Shown piece by piece: positions 11,365-24,228 of a stretch of 64,000 bases of DNA; within the stretch, counting starts at the first letter, position 1, and every line of letters begins with the position of its first letter. The position numbers and the translations under genes are program-made. A model generated the notes under the pieces. That model saw nothing but the letters and a program-made list of their open reading frames with translations. It had not been told where the DNA came from and made no database searches. The DNA comes from Octopus vulgaris (taxonomy: Eukaryota). The stretch lies in the NCBI GenBank assembly GCA_951406725.2, contig OX597826.1, forward strand, positions 31,310,001 to 31,374,000, given 5' to 3'.

Positions 11365-13080
11365 CCTACAGATAAAGTGAATATATATATATATATACAT
11401 ATATAACATGTCAGTCTAATATCACTGCTTCAATGAATAGGCTGTATTTGTATTCTATGCTATATTAAATTATTCTTTATTCAAATATTTCACTCGTTGA
11501 GTTTTTATTTCCATCTACCATTTCTACTTGCAAATTCTGAAAACATTATTTGGAACAATTATTATCTTCCATGAACATCAGTTCCAAACCATTAAGCACT
11601 GTGATTCATTTTGGTAAATAATTTACAGCTTTTTTTTTTTATCCCATTCATTAACATATTTCTAATTACACTGCTTTTTTTTTCAGTTAATACTAAAATT
11701 AATGAAGAAACAACTTTGTTGTTATTAAACCAACCATTACAGGCTGGAAACTGCTGTACTATAGTGTTGTCAGTGATGTATATGATTTTTTTTTTCACAT
11801 TCAGGGAGAAGAAAGACAACACTACTTTGTTCTTCAGCAACAACATATCTCAGTAGGTAGAGGTGCTGAAATATGCTTAGCAGTTTCCATGTGTATTTAT
11901 TCATATATATATATATATATATATATAAGCAGAAAGGCAGTTAAATACAAGTAAGCTTGATATGTATATTTACATGGAATACAAAATATAGAGAATGGAA
12001 TAAAACAAAGTAAATAATAGGAGTTACATAATAGTATTGTCTTGACAGCTGTTTCGGGAGTATCATGGCTTAAGCTGTAGCCATGTTCATGCATAATAAA
12101 GACATGATGTAGATGTACAACAAAAGTTCCTAGGGATCCATTACGCAAAGTCAGATCACCGTCATTGGAAGAAAATGGCAAAATGGATATTGCATAGCAG
12201 CATTCTCCTACACACTGTATATGTGTGTGGGTGGGGGGATTGTAACAAAGCTTATTAGTTCTGATTCTCTATTGAAACAAAGTCACTTCCCTTAAACTGC
12301 TTTTCATTGCAATAATCTGTCTTCCACATTGGCATGGGATGGACAGTTTGACATCCAGTGAACCAGAGGACTGTGTCAAGCTCCTATGCCTGCTGAATGC
12401 CTTTCCATTTTACAGAATGTCCGGGGTGTATTTCTTTGTGACACTGGCACTAATGAGATTGTCAAGTAACTTGCAAGACAAACACAAAGAAGCCTCCTCG
12501 TTTGTGTGGGGAAGTAGTGGAGGATTAAGTGGTATTATGCCAGGTGTTGAGGGGCTGAAATATGAGATAGAGACTGGCACAAGTCGTCTAGCTATGGAAG
12601 AGATACATGGCTACCTTTCATTAAAAAATAATACAAAAATACCTGCATGACTGAACACAACACATTATTGAACCACCAAACATCAGTCTTAACCCTTTAG
12701 CATTCAACTGACCATATCCAACCCAAAGATTTTGTTTTTTGTTCAATCTAGCCAGACAGGCACATCACACCTACCCTACAATGTCATTCTAAGAATAAAC
12801 AATCACATCATCAAAATCAAGGCTACAATAATTAATCCTTTAGCATTCAGATTATTGCACCAAATGTAATGCTTATTTATTCACATTGTTTTAAGTTAAT
12901 CATGGATTATCTCATAGCTTTGAGAAATTTGATAATGTTATTGTCTATGTTTGGATTGGACATTGTAGCATAGGTGTTGAAGGTCAGATTTGGCCTCTAT
13001 GAACACAAAACAGGAAGAATATTTGGGCTGGATATGGCTGGCCTAAATGTTAAAGGGTTAATTCAAAATAATGTGAATAA

Positions 13081-13375
13081 GCAAGTGTCTTCTACTATAG
13101 CCTCGGGCCGACCAAAGCCTTGCGAGTGGATTTGGTAGACGGAAACTGAAAGAAGCCCGTCGTATATATGTATGCGTGTGTGTGTTTGTCTCCCTAGCAT
13201 TGCTTGACAACCGATGCTGGTGTGTTTATGTCCCCATTACTTAGCGGTTTGGCAAAAGAGACCGATAGAATAAGTACTGGGCTTACAAAAGAATAAGTCC
13301 TGGGGTCGAGTTGCTCGATTAAAGGCGGTGCTCCAGCATGGCTGCAGTCAAAATGACTGAAACAAGTAAAGAGTA
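13081..13375 (+). mobile_element. SINE family A copy (5' truncated)
   Basis: Similar to 4362..4797. Confidence 0.7.
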
Positions 13376-13495
13376 AGCAAGTTAAACAGTGTAGAGTAGG
13401 TAAAACGGAAAGAATGGACAGAGGAAGACAAACAGAAATAAAACAACGCCTTGGAGCATGTTCAAATTTTATTCTTCAGTGATAACATAAAAATA

Positions 13496-13631
13496 TTAAA
13501 ATTTAATTTTACTGCGTTTAAGTGGTTTCATTACTTTTAAGGGTGTTTTTAGGACCACAACCTTGTAGACATTTCCTTTATCTTTCTTCTTTTGAATCTG
13601 ACAGCCGATGTAATTAAACAGCGTTTGTAAT
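13496..13631 (-). CDS. POLR1E: POLR1E exon 12 (LQTLFNYIGCQI...VVLKTPLKVMKPLKRSKIKF*)
   Basis: ttttag| acceptor; stop TAA; minus-strand AATAAA at 13473..13468. Confidence 0.88.
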
Positions 13632-13714
13632 CTAAAAAGAGAGAGTAAAAAAAAAAACAATGACCGAACCTTATAACCATTGTAACCGGAAATTAGTTTA
13701 TATATATATCTGTG

Positions 13715-14282
13715 TGCATGCCTTTCCTCCCTTGGACACACAAAGACCTGTTGAGGCAAGCGAAGTCGATATCGAACCTCATCCGATGACAGGCACCTAT
13801 GCCTACCCACCTTTGCTTGCGAAGACCTGTTGGGGCAAGTGAAATCGGAATTGAACCAATCCTATGACTGGCACCCGGCAGATGCCAGGATCCCTGGACT
13901 GGAGATACGTAAAAAGCACTATCCGAATCGTGGCCGATGCCAGCGCCGCCTTGACTGGCTTCCGTGTCGGTGGCACGTAAAAAGCACCACCCGAATCGTG
14001 GCCGAAGCCAGTGCCGTCTCGACTGGCTTCCCTGCAGGTGGCACGTAAAATGCACCAATCCGACCGTGGCCGATGCCAGCCTCGCCTGGCACCAGTGCAG
14101 GTGGCACGTAAAAAGCACCCACTACACTCACGGAGTGGTTGGCATTAGGAAGGGCATCCAGCTGTAGAAACATTGCCAGATAAGACCAGAGCCTGGTGCA
14201 GCCTTCTGGCTTCCCAGATCCCCGGTCGAACCGTCCAACCCATGCTAGCATGGAGAATGGACGTTAGATGATGATGATGATG
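13715..14282 (+). mobile_element. RTE LINE 3' UTR fragment with internal ~65-bp repeats and (GAT)n tail
   Basis: aaaagcacccactacactc...ggaagggcatccagctgtagaaac...aacccatgctagcatgg...gatgatgatg; similar copies at ~51728-51970(-), 57200-57688(+) and 61948-62304(+). Confidence 0.7.
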
Positions 14283-14384
14283 TGTGCGTGGCTGTGTACA
14301 AAGAAGTTTACTTCCCAGCAAGATGGTCTTTGGTTCAGTCCCATTGCGTGGACCTTGTGCAAGTGTCTTTCACTAAAGCCTATA

Positions 14385-14445
<61 letters not shown>

Positions 14446-15104
14446 CTAAGGTGTGTGTGTCTGTTTACATCCCTGTAACTTAGCAGTTCAGTAAAAGAGA
14501 CCCTCAGAGTCAGTATCAGGCTTAAATGAAAAAAAAAGTATTGTGATCAATTCGTTCGACTAAAATTCTTCAAGGTGTTGCCCTAGTATGGCCACAATCT
14601 AACTGACTGAAGCTAGTAAAAAGATAGACATATCTATATATACATGTCTGTGTATGTGTGTGTGTGTGTGTATAGTAAGAAGTTTACTTTACTTCCCAAC
14701 CACGGGGGTTTAGGTTCAGTCGCACTGCATAGTACCTTGGTCAAGTGTCCTCTACTATAGCTCTGTGCCAAACAAAGCTTTGTTAGTAGGCTTGATTAAA
14801 GGAAACTGAAAGAAGCCCATCATGTATATACGTATGTGGGGGCCATCTTTACTTTGTTATCTCCCGTACTTTCCTTCTCGTGTGTGACCCTTCTGTCCGA
14901 GTCAGCCGCCATGATAGATCGTTAGCCACTACACACATCTTTTTCTCTCCTTGTTTTTTCTGTGTCCCTTTCTGTAGAAGAGCGTAGGCTTGAAACATAA
15001 AAGACTTTTTCTATTCCTGAGCGTTATACTAATACATCTGTTTGTTTTGTACACCACCTGTCTTCGTCTTGTTTTTTTCGTAAACTCTCTCTCTCTCTCT
15101 CTCG

Positions 15105-15138
<34 letters not shown>

Positions 15139-16182
15139 ATGCATGTTTGAGTCTGTGTGTTATTAACTCCTGCCTTCACATAGCATGATAGCTGTAAGTG
15201 AATATCACTAAAATGCAAAGTGTCCTTCACTTTCAATATTCTGGTCATGGGGGAAATACTATTTCACATGGGAAGAAGTGAGGATTGGTAACAGGAAGGG
15301 CATCTGGCTGTAAAAAAATCTCCCTCAACGAATTCTGTCCAACCAAAGCAAGCATGGAAAAGTGGATGTTAAACAATGATATCAACGTTATACCTCTCGA
15401 CATGTATGTTTGTATAATCATCATCATCATTTTAACATCTACTTTTCCATGGGTCTATGAGTTAGATGAAATTTCCTGAGGCAGGTTTCCTAGGGCTGGA
15501 TGCTCTTCCTATCATCAACACATACTTGTTTCCAAGGTACACATTTTCAAGCAAGGATGGCAACAAGCAATACCACTTGTATGACAAGACAGACACACAT
15601 ACATATTTATATGACAGGTTTCTTTTCAGTTTCTGCCTTGCAAATCCACTTACAAGGCTTTGAACAGGGTTATAATGGAAGACACATGCTCAAGATGCTG
15701 TGCAGTGGAACTTAACATGAGACCATGTGGCTGCAAAGTAAACTTCTCAACCACATGGCAATGTTTACACCTACACCATTCGTTTTTACATGTTATTCAA
15801 TGTTAATAAGATGGTGTAGGCAAATATATTATTGAGATGCTTTACAATCAGATGCTCTTCCTGTTGCTAACCTTTGTCTGTTTTACAAGGGATCTTTTAT
15901 TCTACAAGTCACTGAAGGAGCAAAGCTAGGGGACAACTTATTAACAGGGGAATCACAACATCACTGCTAGTAGCTCAGTGATTTTAAGAGAAGCACAAAA
16001 GCAAAATAAACACACACACACATATATATACATATAACAGGCTTCCTGCAGTTTCTGTCAACCAGATTCTTTCATGAGGCAGAGGCCAGCCTGGGGCTAT
16101 AGTAGAAAATACTTACCCAAGGTGTCACTGGTACCAAAACCTAAACCCACGTCTTTGCAAAGCAAACTTCTTAACTACACAT

Positions 16183-16238
<56 letters not shown>

Positions 16239-16622
16239 TCTACATACATATATATTTTAATAATATAAATTCTATATATGATCTATCAATAAATTCAATA
16301 TGATATAACTATAAATAATCACAATATAAAATTTATAATACATTTCATGTTATTAAATTATCAATAGATTAAATTCTATATGATATAAATACAATAAACT
16401 ATGTATGTTATATAAATATAAATCATTTTATATGCTCTAAATTGTATATGATATACATAACTTAGACGAAAACAATAAATTCTAAATATGATATAAATAT
16501 GGTACATATGAACAATATATTGTGTGACAGATACAAAAATACAAAACGGCCATGAGTGGATTATGCTTGATACAAAGCCTGCTCAATCAGGATAGACCTT
16601 GTTTAAGAAGAATGTTACTTAC

Positions 16623-16745
16623 TTCAAAGTTTTAATATTCAGTTCTTTCTGGATGTTGTCAAATGATAGGGAAAAGTTATCAATGATCAGCAACAGGATT
16701 AAAATATGAAGGAGCAGCTTATCTCTCAAAGTAATAGTTGCCTGC
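16623..16745 (-). CDS. POLR1E: POLR1E exon 11 (QATITLRDKLLLHILILLLIIDNFSLSFDNIQKELNIKTL)
   Basis: ttgcag| acceptor, AA|GTAAGT donor; conserved C-terminal (tandem winged-helix) region motif. Confidence 0.9.
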
Positions 16746-17703
16746 CTGCAAATAATAATAATAATATTGTAAAAAAGATGGGCTACAGCAAATATTCTGC
16801 TAAATACCACAGATTTGTCAGTTGTTTGACCATAATCAGTTAAACATGTGCCTCAGTGGCTGACAATATGTGCATCTCTGATCACAAACAGAAGTAATGT
16901 GGGGGTATTATAGCTATGCGTTGAGCGGAATTCTTTGGGGTTTGAATAATTCACATCTGGAAACATGGATGTTTTGTTAATCATCCTTAAAAAAACCTTA
17001 ATCAGGGTCCTTTTGAGAGAGATGGGCTACTCTCAACCTGAAGAAAATTCTAACTGGGCCCCACCTTCAAGGTTATGTGCTGTTTATCTTGATATGAAAT
17101 CACCATATCGCACACATATGGTTGTGATTCATGTACCTGGTGTACCCTTATCAGACGGGTAGTCATGATGAGTATACTGAGCTTCGTATTTTTGTACCCC
17201 TGTGTCATTGTGTTGGCATGCACTGCTCTCTCACTTAATAATAATAATAATATTGATGATGATGATTTCAAATTTTGGCATAAAACCAGCAATTTCAGGT
17301 GAGGAGATAAGTTGATGACTTTGACTCCAGAGTTCAACTGGTGCTTATTTTGAACAGAAGATTAATGAATATTATCATCCCACCACCACCACCACCACCA
17401 CACACGACAAAAACTTAATCCTTTCACTTTCAAATTAATCTGTCAAATCCAAAGCTTATTGATTTCCATTTTTAAAAATTAATCCTGCATTATCTTAGAT
17501 TTGGGATTTCGATGATGCTTATTTTTACAATGACATTGTAGGGCAGGTGTGAGAGGCTGGATCTGGTTGGTTTGACCATAAAACAGAGAGAATATTTGGG
17601 CCTGGATATGGTCAGTTTAAATGCTAAAGGACTACACTGAAATATCAGTAACTGAGACATACCACAAGACTAAAAGCTGAAGAAAACGCGCACAAGTACT
17701 TAC

Positions 17704-17794
17704 CTTTCTAAAACTCCTTTTGAATTTCTCACAAAAAGTAAAAATTTGGAGATGAACTCTTTACAGACAATTGGAGGGAAAGAGTTCAGGAAAA
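17704..17794 (-). CDS. POLR1E: POLR1E exon 10 (LFLNSFPPIVCKEFISKFLLFVRNSKGVLE)
   Basis: ctgcag| acceptor, AG|GTAAGT donor; phases 1/2 fit. Confidence 0.85.
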
Positions 17795-19577
17795 CTGCAG
17801 ATAAAGAAATACAATCCATTAGGAAAAGAAAAAAACCCATTTAAACATCTCTTCCAACATAAATCTGATAATCTAGTTACATTCGTGCTGGTAAAGGTTT
17901 CAAATTTCCTTAATAACTACACAATGTCCTACCGTTGTTTTGGCAGCACCACTGCAAAAAGAAGCAGTTCATATGAGAGTTGAGTCATAGGATGGCCTTA
18001 TTACGTAATGCGAGTAAGTGGCAAGCTGGCAGAACTTTTACTATGCAGGACAAAATGATCGGCGGCATGTCTTCCAGCTTTATGTTCCAAGTTGAAATTC
18101 TGCCATGGCCGACTGTCTTTCATCCTTTGGGGTTGATGAAATATGTACCAGTCACGTACAGGGATTAATGTAGTTCACTAGGCCCCTCTTGTAAAATTCC
18201 AGGCCTTGTGCCTATAGTAGCAAAGATCATTATGTAATCTGTACTGGTTTCAACTAGCTTTTTGATAGCAGAGATCAATGTAATCAGTGGTACTAACTGA
18301 CCCTTTCTCTAATTATTCAAGCCTTGCACCAATTCTAGGAACTTTATTATTATTATTATTATTATTATATACAGTAGCAAAATGGTAGAATCCTTAGCAC
18401 ACTGGACGAAATGTTTAGTTCTCCTTAAAACAGAAAGCCCCAGGATGGCCAAAAGAAACCAACTTTTAACCAAGATGCAAATAGTGGACTATCATCATCA
18501 CCACCACCATCATCATCATCGTTTTCTGCTGTCCACATCTTCCATGTTGGCATAGAGTGGACAAGACTTACTGAGCCAGTACTCAATAGCCAAATATCCT
18601 TCCAGTTGCAAACGCTTACCATTTTTCTCCCACCAATTGCCATGTTCTTTATTCTGCTGCTCTTCACATGAAACTGTCAGTTTCATCCCATTTCCTGGGC
18701 ATTTTCCAAGCCAAAAGTCATTTTCTTTACCCAAGGGTCTTGGGGCCATATTTTGTGATCAAAATTAGTTGGACAGAAACTGTAAAGAAATCCATTGGAT
18801 GGATTGTATCTGCAATCCAAAGTTACAGCCTTGTCACTTACTGTGTCGTGCTGTTTCAGCTAGAGAATGACATTAAAAGATACACATGTCTGTGGAATAT
18901 TCAGCCACTTACACAGGAGCAGGTAATTCAGTAAATCAAACTGAATCTTCACCAGCATCACCACACAAATGAAGGCAAATCGCAAAATAATAAAAACAAA
19001 ACAAAAGTTAATAGAACATACACAATGAATGTATTAGGCTGACTCTCAGTTTAAGATGGGAAAAAAAGAAAAAAGGAGTGTGTGACATTTTGAGCATGGC
19101 TCTTCATCATAAAGAAGGTAGATCCAGAGAGAAGGGAAAAACTGTCCAAGAAAAGCGTGTTTGGTCACATGGTCTATTACAGAACACTCACACAGATCTT
19201 GTACAGCCTTCAGGTCATGAATTGGAGTATCCAATTCTTGGATTTCCCTACACTGGATCATGCTACACCATTGAAATGCCTCAGAGTAAATCGTTTTTGT
19301 ACCTTTGATTTTATGCGCCCCAGCATGGTCACAGTCTAATGATTGAAACAAGTAAAAGATACATACATACATATACACACACACAAATATATATATATAT
19401 ATATGTGGTGAAGCAAATTTTTTTTTGCTGAACCCTAATTATAATTATACTCAAAATTATAAAAAAAATATATATATACATACACACACCAATTACTTGG
19501 GAAGAAAAGATACTATCATACTGATGTGTACATAAAATGGGAAAGAAAAGTGGGTCTCACTGTAACAATATTTCAGA

Positions 19578-20131
19578 GCAGGATGCCCCTGGGAGCTCCT
19601 CTATGCTGACGACCTTGCTCTAATTGCTGAGTCACTATCAGAACTAGAGGAGAAGCTTCAGGTGTGGAAACAAGGATTGGAATTGAAGGGCCTTAGAGTC
19701 AACCTAGCTAAAACCAAAGCCCTAATAAGTAGGAAGGCACCAAACCACAAATCCCTTCAGGTAGATGGCCCTGCTCGATCTGTAGAAAAGGCATAGGTAG
19801 AAACTCTAAGATGTACCCAGTGTAAGCTATGGACACATAAGAGGTGCAGCAATATCAAAGGAAGGCTAACTAGGAAGATAGTTTTTATATGTGGCAAATG
19901 CTCAGGAGCAATAAACACTGAAAATGTGCAGAAAACAACTTCCGCCACATTCCAAGGAGAAAAACTAGTAGTTGATAGCTTCCGTTACCTAGGTGACCAA
20001 GTCAGTAGCGGGGGAGGGTGCACTGAAAGTGTAGCTGCTAGAATAAGAATAGCCTGGGCAATGTTCAGAGAGCTCTTATCTCTGCTGGTGACAAAGGGCC
20101 TCTCGCTCAGAGTAAAAGGTAGACTGTATGA
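19578..20131 (+). mobile_element. RTE-clade LINE reverse-transcriptase fragment (decayed)
   Basis: PWELLYADDLALIAES...KGLRVNLAKTK, then a Cys/His-rich stretch, then VDSFRYLGD...RIRIAWAMFREL...VKGRLY; frameshifted. Confidence 0.85.
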
Positions 20132-20271
20132 CCCATGTCAAGACAGAGGTTGGCACACCAGTCTGACCCATGCCAGTATCCAGAAACAAATATCAAAATG
20201 ATAGCAATGTTGAAAGATCAAAGAAAATAAAAGGGAAGGGAATAGAAAAAAGAAAAAGGGGCTATACAAAC

Positions 20272-20414
20272 GTTTTGATTTAATGGTACGTGATGACATT
20301 TGCATAAATATCACCATATATTCAAGGTACTGCAGGTAACAGGCTTTAGTCTCTCTCGCGGGACTTCCCAGTGGAGGCAATGATGTAAGACGCTCCAATA
20401 CAGAAGAACAATAT
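20272..20414 (-). CDS. POLR1E: POLR1E exon 9 (YCSSVLERLTSLP...ACYLQYLEYMVIF...KSK)
   Basis: ttgcag| acceptor, C|GTTTGT donor. Confidence 0.85.
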
Positions 20415-20821
20415 CTGCAACAAAATTATAAAACATATGGAATCTATATGTACATATATGCATAAGGCTTCTTTCAACAAACCATAAACTCAACAATATC
20501 ACTGAGCACTCATCTTGCATTTTTTTGTTGTTTTTACTGCATTTTATCTCAAGATTTCTTCCTGTCTAAAGGGCTGACATTTTAAAAATACACAATTATC
20601 ACATGACCTTCCAATATTAATTTACAGTTGAAGCATTTTGAAAAATTTAGTAGAAATGCTTCTTTATAATTAAGCTGCTGTTTGGGACATAAATTAGCAT
20701 GAAATATTGATGGAACATATTAATTTAGTATCAATCCAAAACAAGGAATTTGTACCACAGAATTAGGGGCAGGCAAAATAGTTACATTTTTAAAAATGGT
20801 CTGGGAAAAGTTGGTATATTA

Positions 20822-20975
20822 GGTGCCAGTGTGGATGTGTGGTAAGATGCCACTGCATGGCACCTTGGGCAAGTGTCTTCTACTATAGCCTCAGGGAGAC
20901 CAAATGCTTGTTAGTGGATTTGGTAGACAGAAACTGAAAGAAGCTTGTTGTGTATGTATGTGTGTGTGTGTGTGC

Positions 20976-21033
<58 letters not shown>

Positions 21034-21232
21034 GGGAGCCTGTGTTTGTTCCCCCACCATCACTTGACAATCAATGCTGGTGAGCTTATGTCCCCATAAC
21101 TTAGCAGTTCAGCAAAAGAGACCTATAGAATAAGGCTTAGAAAAGAATAAGTCCTGGGGTCAACTAAAACTGTGTAAGGCAATGCTCCAGCATGACCACA
21201 GTCAAATGACTGAAACAAGTAAAAGAATAAAA
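20822..21232 (+). mobile_element. SINE family A copy
   Basis: Similar to 4362..4797. Confidence 0.7.
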
Positions 21233-21581
21233 GAATGTATGTATATCTATGTGTCAGTTTATCCACCATCACTTTCACAACCAGAGTTGGTGTGTTTACA
21301 TCCCTGTAACTAAATGGTTCGGCAAAAGGGATGACAGAATAAGTACCAGGCTTAAAAAACAAAAAAAATAAGTGCTGGGGTCGATTCATTCAACTAAAAA
21401 TTCTTCAAGGTGGTACCTCAGCATGGCTGCAGTCTAATGACCAAAACAAATAGAAGATATTATATAAAGAGTACTCAATACATATAGAGCACAAAATTGG
21501 TAATTCCTCATTTTGACATTCTAAATTGTTAGCTTCCTTATTGTATTTAGAGGATAAAATCTCATCAATGACTCAACTTAC

Positions 21582-21678
21582 ACATTGTCCCTTTTTAAAG
21601 GCTCCAAATCTTCAGGCTTAAAGTTCAAAATATCTTGGGAATATTCATGTAGACAACCCATTTCTGCAGGACTAATAA
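21582..21678 (-). CDS. POLR1E: POLR1E exon 8 (IISPAEMGCLHEYSQDILNFKPEDLEPLKRDN)
   Basis: tttcag| acceptor, GT|GTAAGT donor; SPAE motif. Confidence 0.88.
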
Positions 21679-22022
21679 CTGAAAAATAAAATAGGAAACG
21701 GTCTTAGAATTTGAAAAGACAAATTCCAGCTTTGTCATTGTTTGAGCAAAATAGTAAATGTTGTTGCCATTCCTTGCAAAGATACAACATGAACCAATAA
21801 AAGAATGAGAAAAAGATATAAATAAAATAAAAATAATCCTTTCTACTAAAGGCACAAGTTGATTAGATCAACCCCAGTGTTTCACTGGTACTAAATTTAT
21901 TGACCCTGACTTGATCTCAGAATGCATAGACAGATGAAATGCCGTTAAGCATTTTCCTTGGTGTGCTAACAATTCTGCCAATTCACCACCTTAATAACAA
22001 TGACAACAACAATAATAATAAT

Positions 22023-22596
22023 CCTTTCTACTATGGGCACAAGGCCTGAAATTTCACGACGAGGCGGGGAGTCGATTATATCAACCCCAGTACTCAACTG
22101 GTACTTAATTTATCAACCCCGAAAGGATGAAAGGCAAAGTCGATCTCGGCAGAATTTGAACACAGAATGTACTGATGGGTGAAATACCGCTAAGCACTTC
22201 ATCCAGCGTGATAATGATTCTTTTCTACACTAGGCAGAAAGCCCGAAATTTTGGGGGAGGGGGCCAGTCAATTAGATCGCCCCCAGTACGTAATTGGTAC
22301 TTAATTTATTGACCCTGAAAGGATGAAAGGCAAGGTTGAACTCAGACTGTACTGATGGGCAAAATACCGCTAAGCATTTCGTCCAGTGTGCTAATGGTTC
22401 TTTTCTACTCAACACACAAGGCCCGAAATTTTGTGGGAGGGGGCCAGTCAGTTAGATCAACCCCAATATGCTTAATTTATCAACCCCAAAAAGCAAAGCC
22501 AACCTTGGCGGAATTTGAACTCGCACTGTAGCGGCAGACGAAATATCACTAAGCATTTTGCCCGACATGCTAACATTTCTGCCAGCTCGCCACCTT
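22023..22596 (-). mobile_element. SINE family B, three tandem copies
   Basis: Repeated ...ttctact.ggcacaaggcccgaaattt...gaatttgaactc...gctaagcatttc blocks. Confidence 0.7.
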
Positions 22597-22983
22597 AGAT
22601 AATAATCATAAAGTTCTTAGAATTGGTGTAAGGCTTGAAAAATTGGGGGAGAGGGTCAGTTAGTACCACTGATTACATTGATCCCAACAATCAACTGCAA
22701 CTTTTTTTATCAACCCTGAATGGATGAACAGCAAAGTTTGCCTCTGGCAGAATTTGAACTCAGAATATAAAGATGGCAGAAATGTTGCTAAGCATATTGT
22801 CTGGCAACATTAGGATTCTGCCATTTTGATGCCTTAACAACAACAACAGCAATGCTACTTCTACTACTGTACTTCCTATTATCAACCACTTAAAATCAGA
22901 TATTTTTAAGTTTAGTAACATTTAGAAAAATAAAATCACAAAGTTTTGGAAAAAAAAAATATAAAAAGACATTTCAAACTTAC

Positions 22984-23073
22984 TATCAGAGATATTATAG
23001 ACATCTTCAGGTGATGTAGCATCAACATTGCAGGGTGGTAACAAACTAGATTCTGGAGTTTCAGGTTGTGCAC
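22984..23073 (-). CDS. POLR1E: POLR1E exon 7 (GAQPETPESSLLPPCNVDATSPEDVYNISD)
   Basis: ctatag| acceptor, A|GTAAGT donor; LPP...P.DVY motif. Confidence 0.92.
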
Positions 23074-23112
23074 CTATAGATGCAAAAGATAAAAAAGAAA
23101 ACAAAAAAAAGG

Positions 23113-23757
23113 CTATGAATGTGGCTGTCTGGTACGAAGCTTGCTTCCCAACTACATGGCTTTAGGTTCAGTCCCACTGCGTGGCACCTAGAGCAAGTGT
23201 CTTCTACTATAGCCTCAGGCTGACCAAAGCCTTGCGAGTGGATTTGGTAGATGGAAACTGAAAGAAGCCTGTCATATATATGTATATGTTTGTGTGCCTG
23301 CGTTTGTCCCTCCACCAACGCTTGACAACCGATGTTTACATTCTCCATAACTTAGCGGTTCAGCAAAAGATAAAAAACACAAAAATAGGCCATGAATGTG
23401 GCTGTCCAATATGAAGCTTGCTTCCCAACTGGTTTCGGGTTAAGGCCCACTGCGTGGCACCTTGAGCAAGTGTCTTCTACTATAGCCTCAGGCTGACCAA
23501 AGCCTTGCGAGTGGATTTGGTAGATGGAAACCGAAAGAAGCCTGTCATACATATGTATATGTTTGTGTGCCTGCGTTTGTCCCTCCACCAACGCTTGACA
23601 ACCGATGTTTACATCCCCCGTAACTTAGTGGGTTCAGCAAAAGAAACCAATAGAATAAGTACTAGGCTTACAAAGAATAAGTCCTGAGGTCGATTTGTTC
23701 AACTAAAGGCAATACTCCAGCATGACTACAATCAAATGACTGAAACCAGTAAAAGAA
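23113..23757 (+). mobile_element. SINE family A, locally tandem-duplicated
   Basis: Two near-identical ~280-bp blocks (about 23083-23361 and 23362-23640) that include flanking sequence. Confidence 0.75.
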
Positions 23758-24070
23758 TATTGGTTTCAAATTTTGGTACAAGGCCAGCTATTCTAGGGAA
23801 GGTAGGGAGGGTAGTTATCTACATCATCTCCAGTGTTCAAATGCTACGTCAACCCTGAAAGGATGAAAGGCAAAATCGACCTCAGCAGAATTTGAACTCA
23901 GAATGTAATGTCAGAGGAAATGTTGCTAAGCATTTTTTCTGGTACAGTAACAATCATGCCAGCTCCCCACCTTCAAGAACATAATCTGGCAGGTGGAAAC
24001 TGAACAAAGCCTATCATATATACATCTACATGTATGTGTGTAGTATGCCAGAGAGTCTGTCTCCTTGTCT

Positions 24071-24228
24071 CAGGGGCGGACTGAGCTGTCAATCAATCAG
24101 GCACTGCCTGAGGGCCTGGAGCTCTGAGGGGCTCACACTTTACATGTTAACTCTACTAAAACACACAGTCAAAGAGGCCTGGTAAACAGTTATGCCTGAG
24201 GGCCCTTAATATTCTCAGTCTGCCCCTG
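24071..24228. mobile_element. hAT-like MITE
   Basis: TIRs CAGGGGCGGACTGAG / CTCAGTCTGCCCCTG; perfect 8-bp TSD CCTTGTCT. Confidence 0.85.
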
